Source of the DNA: a bacterium
GTDB taxonomy: Bacteria; Cyanobacteriota; Vampirovibrionia; Gastranaerophilales; JBAXKC01
Reading direction: 5' to 3'
Assembly: GCA_037137535.1 (NCBI GenBank)
Contig: JBAXKC010000012.1
Span: 1 to 64,000 of the forward strand
DNA: 64,000 nt
The notes under the pieces are model-generated. The model did not search any database and was not told the DNA's origin. It saw only the letters and a program-made list of their open reading frames with translations. Position 1 is the first letter of the stretch. Each line of letters opens with the position of its first letter. A program made the position numbers and the translations under genes. Shown piece by piece: positions 50,522 to 59,141 of this stretch.

Positions 50522-52174
50522 TTATTTTTCTATAAGCCTTTTTATATATTTTAACTCATCTTCCTGTGAAAATAACTCTCTATTGATTTTTGCTTTTAAT
50601 AAGCTGGAAAGAATCTCTCCAAATCTAGGCCCTGGATTTAATCCCTGCTCAATAAGATATTTACCTGTTGTATGTATTTTTATATTTTGTAATTCTCTTA
50701 AAAAAAGTTCTATATTTTGTATAGTTGAATTATCTTCGATAAACACCATTGCAGCTATAATTGATTCATTAAAAAAGCCTTCCATTTGTTCGTAAATTTC
50801 ATAGCGTTTTTCAGCTTCGCCAATTATTTCTGATCTTTCAAGAATTGTTTTTGCACCAATTAAAACTTCCGTTTCAATTCCTGACAAATATAATTCTTTT
50901 GAAATAGCAGTAATTTTATCAATATCAAAATGCAATATTATGCCTGAAAGATAAATTAACCAGATAAAGTCCTCGGAATTAAAGTGAGATTTATAGCGGT
51001 TAACAAGTTTTTCACATTTTTTTGAAAGTTCTTTTATATTGTCAGGTTTAACCAAATTTTTATTTATTAATTTATAAATATTTTCACTGAATAATTTATC
51101 TAAACAATCTGCTTTATTTAAGTTTAGCGTTTGTTTCAATTCGCTTTTCACTCTTTCACCGGCTATACCACTAAAAATATTATTATTTAAGCAATTTTCC
51201 TGAAGCGTTCTGGTATTCTCTTCCAGTTCATAACCGAATCTGACCCTGAATTTCAACCCTCTTAATATTCTGGTAGGATCATCAATAAAACTTAAAGAAT
51301 GAAGGACTCTTATTTTTTTGTTTTTAATATCCTCAAAGCCTTTTAACGGATCGATAAGGTTACCGAAGTTGTTTTTATTTATTGCAGTTGCCATTGAATT
51401 AATTGTAAAATCTCTTCTCTTCAAGTCATCGCAAAGGCAGCATCCAACCTTATCTAATGTTGGAAGAGCAGCAGGATACATATATTTTTCTGTTCTTGTG
51501 CTGGCTAAATCTATTTCTATTTCTTCACCATATACATCAAATATAATTTTTGCTGTTTTAAATTCTTCATGAGTACTTTTAATTTTTACTTGAGAAAAAT
51601 ATTCTTTTTTTATAAGTTTGGCAAAATCAATAGCGTTATACTCGACACAAATATCAGTATCAAAACTTTTTCTGCTTATTATTAAATCTCTGGTTATTCC
51701 GCCCACAAGATAAACAGCAATATTATATTTATCGGCTGTTAAATAAACCATATCTATGGCTTTTTTAAATTTTGCAGACATTTGCTTTTCAAAAGTCTCT
51801 CTTAAGGATAAATTATTTGTTTCTGTTTCACAATTTGTTAAAACAGCAAGGTTTTTAGCAGTTTTATTATCTTCACCAATAAAAACACCTTTATTCAAAC
51901 TAAAAGAAATATTTTTTTGTAATTGTTTTTCATCAACTTCATTCAGCTGAATATTAACGCATTCAGCAAGTGTAATAATCAAGGATATAGGCTGATCATT
52001 AAGCTCAAAAGCTAAAGCCTTATCAAGATCCTCTTTTAAGACAAAACCAAATAATTCTCTATCTTTGTTAATTATACCCAGACAAAATTTATCAGAAAGT
52101 AAAACCTGTTCACATTCTTTTATAGATAAACCACTTTCAACGGGTATTATTGTTTTTATATCAAAATTAGCCAT
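50522..52174 (-). CDS. CCA tRNA nucleotidyltransferase family protein with N-terminal CBS-like region
   Basis: VGG..RD, DTD, RRDFTINSMA, SFIDDPTRILR; exact CC/A/CCA specificity not determinable. Confidence 0.88.
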   Translation of the reverse strand: MANFDIKTIIPVESGLSIKECEQVLLSDKFCLGIINKDRELFGFVLKEDLDKALAFELNDQPISLIITLAECVNIQLNEVDEKQLQKNISFSLNKGVFIGEDNKTAKNLAVLTNCETETNNLSLRETFEKQMSAKFKKAIDMVYLTADKYNIAVYLVGGITRDLIISRKSFDTDICVEYNAIDFAKLIKKEYFSQVKIKSTHEEFKTAKIIFDVYGEEIEIDLASTRTEKYMYPAALPTLDKVGCCLCDDLKRRDFTINSMATAINKNNFGNLIDPLKGFEDIKNKKIRVLHSLSFIDDPTRILRGLKFRVRFGYELEENTRTLQENCLNNNIFSGIAGERVKSELKQTLNLNKADCLDKLFSENIYKLINKNLVKPDNIKELSKKCEKLVNRYKSHFNSEDFIWLIYLSGIILHFDIDKITAISKELYLSGIETEVLIGAKTILERSEIIGEAEKRYEIYEQMEGFFNESIIAAMVFIEDNSTIQNIELFLRELQNIKIHTTGKYLIEQGLNPGPRFGEILSSLLKAKINRELFSQEDELKYIKRLIEK

Positions 52175-52270
52175 AAATTAATTTTATATTCCAAATGGAA
52201 ATTTAGCAAATGAAACTTAACATTTTTAAGTTAATCAAATGAGTTTATAGAGTATATTCAGAAAATATTA

Positions 52271-52849
52271 TTAATTTGCTTTAGAGTAAAAATTTCCAAA
52301 TACATGTTTAAATTTTGCATTTTCTTCTTGTAAGAAATTAACCCTTGATATTAATTTTTTATTTTCTGTCAGAAGTTTTTCAACTTGCTTTGATAAAATT
52401 TCGTTATCTCTTTCAAGTTTTGCCGCATCGGCAACAGGAGAAAACAAATCTGATTCTTTTACTTTATTTGTTATATCAGTTGAAATTTTATGAGCAATGG
52501 ACTCGGCTAATAAAGCCAAAGTTTGAGTTGTTATATCAAAGGTAAGTTTATTTAATGGGTTTGCTCCATTGGTTTCAGTTGATTGAATATTATTATTTCT
52601 AAGAGCAGGCATATTTTGAGCTGAAACAATTCCGTTATGAATTATGGAAACTATTTCTTCATTTGTTTTACCTTCTTCTTTAAGTTTTATTCCCTGATTA
52701 AGTTTTAATATTGCAAATTCGTCAAAATATTCTACATTATCTTCATCTTCATACACCGGATCAATTTTCCAGTTTTTTAAATAAACTGAAACTGCATCCT
52801 TATCTGCGTCTTTTTTTACTTGTTCCCTTAATTGTTCAACTGTATACAT
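52271..52849 (-). CDS. Hypothetical protein (MerR-like N-terminus, C-terminal coiled coil)
   Basis: MYT...KLNQGIKLKEEGKT.EEI pattern; heptad C-terminus. Confidence 0.65.
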   Translation of the reverse strand: MYTVEQLREQVKKDADKDAVSVYLKNWKIDPVYEDEDNVEYFDEFAILKLNQGIKLKEEGKTNEEIVSIIHNGIVSAQNMPALRNNNIQSTETNGANPLNKLTFDITTQTLALLAESIAHKISTDITNKVKESDLFSPVADAAKLERDNEILSKQVEKLLTENKKLISRVNFLQEENAKFKHVFGNFYSKAN

Positions 52850-53025
52850 TTTTGCCTCTATAGAAATTGCTCTTGTTTTTAAACATTATCATAAATTTTT
52901 TTTATAATCAAAAAGCAATCAAGTTTATTTTTATAATAATTTTTTATAAAAACAAGATATAAAAATAAAAAAGGAGGCTTTTGCCTCCTTAAATTTCTGC
53001 TCTTATGATCTTTTCTTCCAATCGT

Positions 53026-53286
53026 TTAACCTATAAGGTCAAGCCCTTCTTTTACTTTTGTTGCGTTATTTGTTATTTCAGGTTCTCTGAGGGCATTTGT
53101 TATTCCGTTTAAGACGTTTCCTATTAAATTAAATATTGATCCGTCTTCTACATAATCAGCTTCTCTTATTGATTTTATCTCTTCTAAATAATTATTATTT
53201 CCCGCTCCGGCTTTCATTTCTTCCGTAGGTGGGTTCGTCAGTCCCTTAAAATTTACCGTAATCGGTTTATTTAATACAAGATTCAT
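53026..53286 (-). CDS. Small hypothetical protein with VNFKG motif, ending GLDLIG
   Basis: AAGGAG RBS before ATG at 53286; terminator at 52967-52990. Confidence 0.75.
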   Translation of the reverse strand: MNLVLNKPITVNFKGLTNPPTEEMKAGAGNNNYLEEIKSIREADYVEDGSIFNLIGNVLNGITNALREPEITNNATKVKEGLDLIG

Positions 53287-53310
53287 TGTCCTTGTCTCCT
53301 TGTTTTTCAT

Positions 53311-53349
53311 TCATATAGGAATAGGTATTGGTTTTAAATTAGTTACCAT
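53311..53349 (-). CDS. Putative 12-aa leader ORF MVTNLKPIPIPI
   Basis: AAAAAGGAGACAAAATG start context. Confidence 0.35.
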   Translation of the reverse strand: MVTNLKPIPIPI

Positions 53350-53571
53350 TTTGTCTCCTTTTTCTAGTGTGTTAATTACACTTTATTGAACACTTTTAGT
53401 ATTTACTAATTTAAGTTATTTGTCAAGACTAATTGTCGCACTCTTTTGTTAAAAAAATATAAAGCTTGAGTTAGCTTCTTGTTAGTTTTATTTATGACAA
53501 GAGTCCTTATTAAATACTGTTTTAAAACAAATATTTCATAAAGACTCTTATTTTTTGTATTAACTAATAAA

Positions 53572-54366
53572 TTAAATATTCTCTTGTTGATAAGCCCATG
53601 CCGAGTGATTGTGAATACTCTCAAACGCTTCACAATCAACTTCAATCCATTTAATTGATTCTATACTGCGTAACTTAGTAACAACATCTCTTAAAACATC
53701 CTCTACAAACTTAGGATTATTATAAGCATATTCAGTTACAAATTTTTCGTCTTCTCTTTTTAAGATAGGATAGACAGGACTACTTCCACAGCTTTCGATT
53801 AAATGAATAAGATCTTCAATCCATACCATAGAGCTTTCGTCATAACTTATTCTTACATTTATTACAGCTCTTTGGTTATGAGCTCCATAATCAGAAATTT
53901 CTTTACTACAAGGGCATAATGTAGTAACTGGAACACTAACACCTAAGATAAACTTATAATCTTCACCGCTTAATAATCCCTCAAAACTGCAATCGTAACC
54001 CATAGGGCTGGAAAGTTTACTTACAGGGGCATATTTATCAATAAAATACTTAAAAGAAAATTTAAGTTCAGAACTTTCTGCTTCAAGTTTTTCAGTTATT
54101 TCATTCAGACAGCCTTTTATATCAACGCCAAGAAGATTTTTTTGTCCCCATTCACAAAGTATTTCAATAAATCGGGACATATGAGTGCCTTTAAAATGAG
54201 CAGGCAAAGATACGCTCATTGTTGCTTTTGCACTTACAACCTGTTCTGAATCGTGTTTTCTTTGAATAATAAGGGGAACTTCAACGTTTTTAACCCCTAC
54301 TTTTTGTATTTCTATTCCACGATTGTCATTTAAGTTTTGAATATCTTGCAATGCTGTTTTTTTCAT
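53572..54366 (-). CDS. folE2: GTP cyclohydrolase IB
   Basis: KGTHMSRF, TLCPCSKEIS, AHNQR, KREDEK, NPKFVED, ESIHNH. Confidence 0.95.
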   Translation of the reverse strand: MKKTALQDIQNLNDNRGIEIQKVGVKNVEVPLIIQRKHDSEQVVSAKATMSVSLPAHFKGTHMSRFIEILCEWGQKNLLGVDIKGCLNEITEKLEAESSELKFSFKYFIDKYAPVSKLSSPMGYDCSFEGLLSGEDYKFILGVSVPVTTLCPCSKEISDYGAHNQRAVINVRISYDESSMVWIEDLIHLIESCGSSPVYPILKREDEKFVTEYAYNNPKFVEDVLRDVVTKLRSIESIKWIEVDCEAFESIHNHSAWAYQQENI

Positions 54367-54731
54367 TATTTTTCTTCGTTTAATAATTCATTTTGAAGTT
54401 CGCTTGAATCTTCTCTTGCAAGAGCTTTAAGAAGTTTTGTAGCTGCAACTCTTTGCACATTTGGAGGAGCTTCTTTTAAAAGTTCCATTGCTTTAATCAT
54501 AACCGGATCATTATCATACCAACGATGACCTTTTCCATAGTACCTTTTTATATTTTCATAAAGTTTATCAATAACTTCAGAAGCAACCTGTTCTTGCAGT
54601 CTTAAAACAAATTCAGATTCAGAAGACTCTTCCTCTTCTGTTGCCAGATTAAGGAGTTCAAGCGCTTCTTGAAGTGTTTCATCTCTATCATACCAGCGTC
54701 TTAAGCTTGTCATATTATCAACTCCAGACAT
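54366..54731 (-). CDS. Hypothetical protein with duplicated RWYD motif
   Basis: RRWYDRDETL..ALELL and HRWYDNDPVM..AMELL; stop overlaps folE2 start. Confidence 0.75.
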   Translation of the reverse strand: MSGVDNMTSLRRWYDRDETLQEALELLNLATEEEESSESEFVLRLQEQVASEVIDKLYENIKRYYGKGHRWYDNDPVMIKAMELLKEAPPNVQRVAATKLLKALAREDSSELQNELLNEEK

Positions 54732-54859
54732 TTAGCGAACTATTATACTAATTTTATCATAATATAATAGCAAAGTATAACTGATATTTTATTTATATAA
54801 TGCCAAAAACACCCTAATTTTTTTCAATTAGAGTGTTTTTTATTGTATTTATGAAATAA

Positions 54860-55138
54860 CTATTTTGAATTTACTAATTCTTTGAATTTTTTTCCAGCTG
54901 TAAAAGCAGGTACTGTTTTTGCAGGTATTTTAAGTTCTTTACCTGTTTGTGGGTTTCTTCCACTTCTAGCTTGTCTTTTACGTGATTCAAAAGTACCGAA
55001 ACCAACTAAAGTAACTTTTTTACCTTTAGCAACTGATTTTTCAATTGTTTCTAAGGTAGCAGCTAAAATTTCAGCAGCTTGTTTTTGAGATACTTTACTT
55101 TTTTTTGAAATTTCTTTTACTAATTCTTCTTTGTTCAT
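54860..55138 (-). CDS. hup: DNA-binding protein HU
   Basis: MNKEELV, VGFGTF, GRNPQTG, PAF.AGK. Confidence 0.96.
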   Translation of the reverse strand: MNKEELVKEISKKSKVSQKQAAEILAATLETIEKSVAKGKKVTLVGFGTFESRKRQARSGRNPQTGKELKIPAKTVPAFTAGKKFKELVNSK

Positions 55139-55297
55139 TACGTGAATCTCCCTTTAAATATAGAAACTTTTTGTCTTTATCGTAACCTTGCTTGATATTT
55201 TTTTTAGAATTCAACTAAATCAATTATAAAAAGAGTAAACATATATTCAAGTCGGTAAACAAGGCTATTTTCAAAAACCGATCGGGCAATAAAGCCT

Positions 55298-55330
55298 AAA
55301 AAACAGCCCTTCAAAATTAGGGCTGTTTTT
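55298..55330 (-). terminator. Intrinsic terminator ending the riboswitch-led two-gene unit
   Basis: AAAAAACAGCCCT-loop-AGGGCTGTTTTT. Confidence 0.8.
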
Positions 55331-55365
55331 AAAATCAATAACTAAAACAAAAAGAGTAAATTAGT

Positions 55366-56967
55366 TTATGAATAAGCAAATGGTGCGCCATTTTGAATTT
55401 CTTCAAGGATGTTGTTATACATTTTTTCTAATTTTTGAGTATCTGTAGGATTTGTTTTTTTATAACTTCTATATTCTTCTATCATCGGGTTAATTATGCT
55501 TTCTTTTTTAGCTTTAAAGTTTTTAAGCTCTGTTTCTACAAGATTATTATGAAGTTCATATTCTGTATTAGCATTTTGTTTTTTTACCTGAAAATCTTTT
55601 ATAGCTTCAACTAACTTAGTTCCTATATATGACAAACTGCTAAAGGCTGATACTGAAAGAAACAAATCTCTCGTCGCTTTATTTGGAGATATAAGCATTG
55701 CATATAAATAAGCTGTTGCCTCGTTAACAACAGAGGAAAAATAGGCTTTGTTTGCATAACCATAATAACTTGAAGGAGCTTCCGCAAAAATATTACTATC
55801 TTTTACAAAAGATTCCTGTTTTTCTTTTAATGCGTTTAAAACATTTGAAGTTAAACCTTCTACTGTTGCTTGTGTTGTTTTTTGAGTTAATTCTTTTGAT
55901 TTATTTTCAGGAGAAAGTAACTTTTCTACAAAAGCTAGCAACTCGTCTTTTTTACCTTCATTTATTAGATTATGCAATTCTGAGCGAGTTTTATCATCAA
56001 CTGTTTTTAATGCATTATTTAATGTTTGCTCTAATTTAGAGTTGTTATTTTTAAAGATTTCAATTATATGGTCAATTCCTATCTGTGGATTATTTTTCAA
56101 ACTTTGAATAAGTTTTAAAGGAGTATAATCTTTTATTTTATCAAGAGCCTGTTTCGATAATTTATTTGCACCTTTATCTATTTCACAAATATTTTTATAA
56201 GCATGTTTTGTAAGTAAAAAAGAAACTCCTAAAGTTACGGCAAGACTTGCGGCATAAAACCAATTTTTTTCATAAAAAGGTGTTTTTTCTGTTTTTGTTG
56301 TTTGGTCTTTTTGCTCCGTTCCCTTAAAGCATAAGCATTTAGTTATTTCATCCAGTTTTGCTTTTCCTTCAACAAGAATATTTTTTGTTATCTGATGTTT
56401 TCCTGAAAATGAGCGTGTTTCTACGTCAATAAGACGTTCCTGTAGGTTTTTCTGAAGATCAGCTTCTTTTTTCCTTAACCAGATGTCCTTATATCCGTCT
56501 ATAACATTTTTAGAAACAAAGCTAAATGCAGTTGCAATCATAATTACAGAAGCCGCCATAATTGATTTTTTAGAGCGATCCTTGCAAGCATAATAAATAG
56601 CGAGAACATTATCATCGTTAATTGAAATATAACGAGAAACACCCATTAAAACATTATTGGTTTCATATAGACCTGATGTTCGTTTTAAAGCATGGCTAAG
56701 CCCTGCAAGTGATGCTGATACTGCTAAACTTGCAATTGATATCGGAGCAAGGAATTTAAAAGTAGCAGTTTGTTTTTTGTTATTTTTTTCAAGATCAGGT
56801 ATTGGCTTAATACATTCAGGAATAATTATGTTTGGCTCAAAAGCAGCGCCTTTTATAAAATTATTAACAATAATGCCTTCTTTTAAGGCTTTTTTCTGTT
56901 TTTGAGTTTGATCAGTATTATAATTGCGGTATAGACCAAAGCCGTTAAGCTTAGACTGCATCAACAT
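55366..56967 (-). CDS. Hypothetical membrane-associated protein with internal two-fold repeat
   Basis: 533-aa ORF overlapping upstream gene; two similar hydrophobic plus coiled-coil modules. Confidence 0.8.
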   Translation of the reverse strand: MLMQSKLNGFGLYRNYNTDQTQKQKKALKEGIIVNNFIKGAAFEPNIIIPECIKPIPDLEKNNKKQTATFKFLAPISIASLAVSASLAGLSHALKRTSGLYETNNVLMGVSRYISINDDNVLAIYYACKDRSKKSIMAASVIMIATAFSFVSKNVIDGYKDIWLRKKEADLQKNLQERLIDVETRSFSGKHQITKNILVEGKAKLDEITKCLCFKGTEQKDQTTKTEKTPFYEKNWFYAASLAVTLGVSFLLTKHAYKNICEIDKGANKLSKQALDKIKDYTPLKLIQSLKNNPQIGIDHIIEIFKNNNSKLEQTLNNALKTVDDKTRSELHNLINEGKKDELLAFVEKLLSPENKSKELTQKTTQATVEGLTSNVLNALKEKQESFVKDSNIFAEAPSSYYGYANKAYFSSVVNEATAYLYAMLISPNKATRDLFLSVSAFSSLSYIGTKLVEAIKDFQVKKQNANTEYELHNNLVETELKNFKAKKESIINPMIEEYRSYKKTNPTDTQKLEKMYNNILEEIQNGAPFAYS

Positions 56968-57721
56968 TCAATTGCTCCTTTTGTTTATTTTTAGCTTTCT
57001 TTCTTTTTTTCTCCGCAAGTTTTTTTAATCGCTTAAATAAATTATTAAAAAGTTCTCCTGCTTTATTTAGTTTTTCAAAAGCATGTTTTGTAATTTGTTT
57101 TGCTTTTTGTGCAATAAATTGACCTAAATTCTCTGCGGCATGTTTTAAAAAACTTAATTTTTTAATAACCTCAAGACCCTTTGTTAAAAATTCTTTTAAT
57201 ATTTTTTGCTGTTCTCCCAAGAATGCTGATATTGCATTCAAAGCACTCGTCAATTTTGCCTGAGTGTCAGTAATAACTTGAGAAGCCTTTGAAAGAAGAT
57301 TTGTTACTATTGTTTGTATTTCTTTCATTGTTGAAGCAACAGCATTTTTAATATTATTTAAAGGCTGCATAAAGCTTTTAATTGACTGAAGAACTGAATT
57401 AGCTGCGGCTAAATATTTTGCGGTATTTGATATTTCAAGTTTATTTTTAGTTTGATCAGCCAAAAGGCTTTGATTAAAAAACTCTTTTCGCATTTCTGCA
57501 TTTTTTCTGGTTGAAAGTATGGACATCCAAATCCCATAACCTTCATTCCAGCTCATTTGTCCTTTTTTAGCAACACCGCCGCCACCTCCACCGCCTGAGC
57601 AGGCAGGGCAAGAACCAAAAGGCATTCCATGCGGACATTCACTTGATGATATTTTAGGCTGCGAAGCTGTTCTCATACTTACGCTTTGAAACGTAGGCGG
57701 GGATATATTTCCGACTCTCAT
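56951..57721 (-). CDS. Hypothetical protein with CPHGxxxxxCPxC and poly-Gly
   Basis: 256-aa ORF directly after riboswitch terminator. Confidence 0.8.
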   Translation of the reverse strand: MRVGNISPPTFQSVSMRTASQPKISSSECPHGMPFGSCPACSGGGGGGGVAKKGQMSWNEGYGIWMSILSTRKNAEMRKEFFNQSLLADQTKNKLEISNTAKYLAAANSVLQSIKSFMQPLNNIKNAVASTMKEIQTIVTNLLSKASQVITDTQAKLTSALNAISAFLGEQQKILKEFLTKGLEVIKKLSFLKHAAENLGQFIAQKAKQITKHAFEKLNKAGELFNNLFKRLKKLAEKKRKKAKNKQKEQLNVDAV

Positions 57722-57736
57722 GACTTATTCCAATAC

Positions 57737-57767
57737 AAAAAAATCTAACAGGAGTACTGCTAGATTT
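57737..57767 (-). terminator. Leader terminator (riboswitch expression platform)
   Basis: Minus strand AAATCTAGCAG-TACTC-CTGTTAGATTT followed by further T residues, 15 nt before ATG. Confidence 0.8.
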
Positions 57768-57839
57768 CGAAATATTTACATGCAAAAAATCATAGTAAAA
57801 CTGATTCTTTACGTTCCTTAATTTCGAAGTACTAGCAAA

Positions 57840-57918
57840 GGTAAACTTTAAGCATTCCGACTTTAACGGCTGCGGTTCAGTCGGGTATTTTCAACCCGTT
57901 TCCTTAAAGTAAACTGTA
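57840..57918 (-). ncRNA. Cobalamin riboswitch, compact class-II-like aptamer
   Basis: Minus strand CTTTAAG GAAA CGGGT-TGAAAAT-ACCCG A CTG-AACCG-CAG CCG-TTAAAGT-CGG AATG CTTAAAG, matching the P3-J3/4-P4-P5-P6-J6/3 four-way junction. Confidence 0.8.
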
Positions 57919-57924
57919 ATAAAT

Positions 57925-57952
57925 ATTCTAAAGGTAAAAAAATTTATGTCAA
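57925..57952 (-). promoter_or_regulatory. Sigma70-type promoter of riboswitch leader
   Basis: Minus strand TTGACA-16 nt-TAGAAT just upstream of aptamer. Confidence 0.7.
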
Positions 57953-57958
57953 GTTTTG

Positions 57959-58885
57959 TTACACATAAAACTTACCCTGCCACGAATCCCTTCTTTGTAA
58001 TTCAGCATCTATCATATTTAATAGTCTGAATTTTTCTCCTAAAAATTTAGGAGCTACCAATATTTTTTTTAAACCGTTTCCTGCCATCCTGTGAATAGTT
58101 GTTGTGGGTGGTAAAACCTCTAAGAAATTACAGACAATATCAACATATTCAGAATCCGACATTAGAGTTATTTCTTCTTTGTTATACATATCTTCTATCT
58201 TTGTGCCGTTTAAAACGCATAACAGATGTATTTTAACGCCATCAACCTTCAAATCAGCAAGAACTTTAGCTGTTTCAATTATATCGTCCCCAGTTTCACC
58301 AGGTAAGCCTATAATGACATGGGCGCATATGTTTATATTTTTATTTTTTGTCAATTCAACGGCTTTTATAAAATCTTCACCTGAATGTCCTCTGTTTATA
58401 AGGTTTAAAGTTTTATCATGAATTGATTGGAGGCCGTATTCTATCCATACATGTTTTTTAAAAGCATAATCCGCAATTAAATCAATTTTTTCTTCATCAA
58501 CACAGTCAGGTCTTGTTCCTATGGACATTCCCACTATGTCGGGATGATAAAACGCATTATCATATATGTTTTTAAGTTTTTCTACTGGTGCGTAAGTATT
58601 TGAGTATGCTTGAAAATAAGCAATAAATTTTTGAGCTTTAAATCTTTCTTTTTGTTTCTCAATACCTATAATTAACTGTTCATTTACGCTAATAAGGTTA
58701 CTGTGTGCTTGAGAAAACGAACCGCTGTCATCACAAAAAATACAGCCGCCCGTCAGTTTTGAGCCGTCACGATTTGGACAGCTAAAACCGGCATCAATTG
58801 TTACCTTATATACTTTACAATTAAAAGTATCCTCAAGATGCCGGCTGAATAAATTATATCTTTTGTCTTTAAATGGTGAATTCAT
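57959..58885 (-). CDS. Radical SAM protein, TIGR01212/YhcC-like
   Basis: GFSCPNRDG...GGCIFC, YFQAYSNTY, GTRPDC, INRGH, GVKIH. Confidence 0.9.
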   Translation of the reverse strand: MNSPFKDKRYNLFSRHLEDTFNCKVYKVTIDAGFSCPNRDGSKLTGGCIFCDDSGSFSQAHSNLISVNEQLIIGIEKQKERFKAQKFIAYFQAYSNTYAPVEKLKNIYDNAFYHPDIVGMSIGTRPDCVDEEKIDLIADYAFKKHVWIEYGLQSIHDKTLNLINRGHSGEDFIKAVELTKNKNINICAHVIIGLPGETGDDIIETAKVLADLKVDGVKIHLLCVLNGTKIEDMYNKEEITLMSDSEYVDIVCNFLEVLPPTTTIHRMAGNGLKKILVAPKFLGEKFRLLNMIDAELQRRDSWQGKFYV

Positions 58886-58887
58886 AA

Positions 58888-59073
58888 TTAATCTTCAGGC
58901 TGAGCACCTTCTAAAATAGGATAAACGTAATGTTCTCCACATTTTGGGCAAATTACTTCCTGAGTTTGACCTTCTTTTGTTTGTGCAACTTCAAATAAAG
59001 TTTTGCATCCTGATTGTACGCATCTTATAGCTAAAGTTGTTCTTATAAGTCTTGCCATGTTCCAACCTTTCAT
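58888..59073 (-). CDS. Small zinc-ribbon-like protein
   Basis: CVQSGC and CPKC; 2-nt gap to radical SAM gene; start may be 59058. Confidence 0.6.
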   Translation of the reverse strand: MKGWNMARLIRTTLAIRCVQSGCKTLFEVAQTKEGQTQEVICPKCGEHYVYPILEGAQPED

Positions 59074-59141
59074 TGTTTTTACTTTCTTACATTTAAAATA
59101 TTAACAGATTTATAAAGGTATGGGCAATATAAAAGAATAAC

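Noticed and set aside
53406-53645. 79-aa minus-strand ORF overlapping the folE2 end
   Set aside because: Overlap in another frame, no RBS, AT-rich filler
55252-55297. Possible pseudoknot (TCGGT/ACCGA with AGGCT/AGCCT) upstream of hup
   Set aside because: Only 5-bp stems; likely chance
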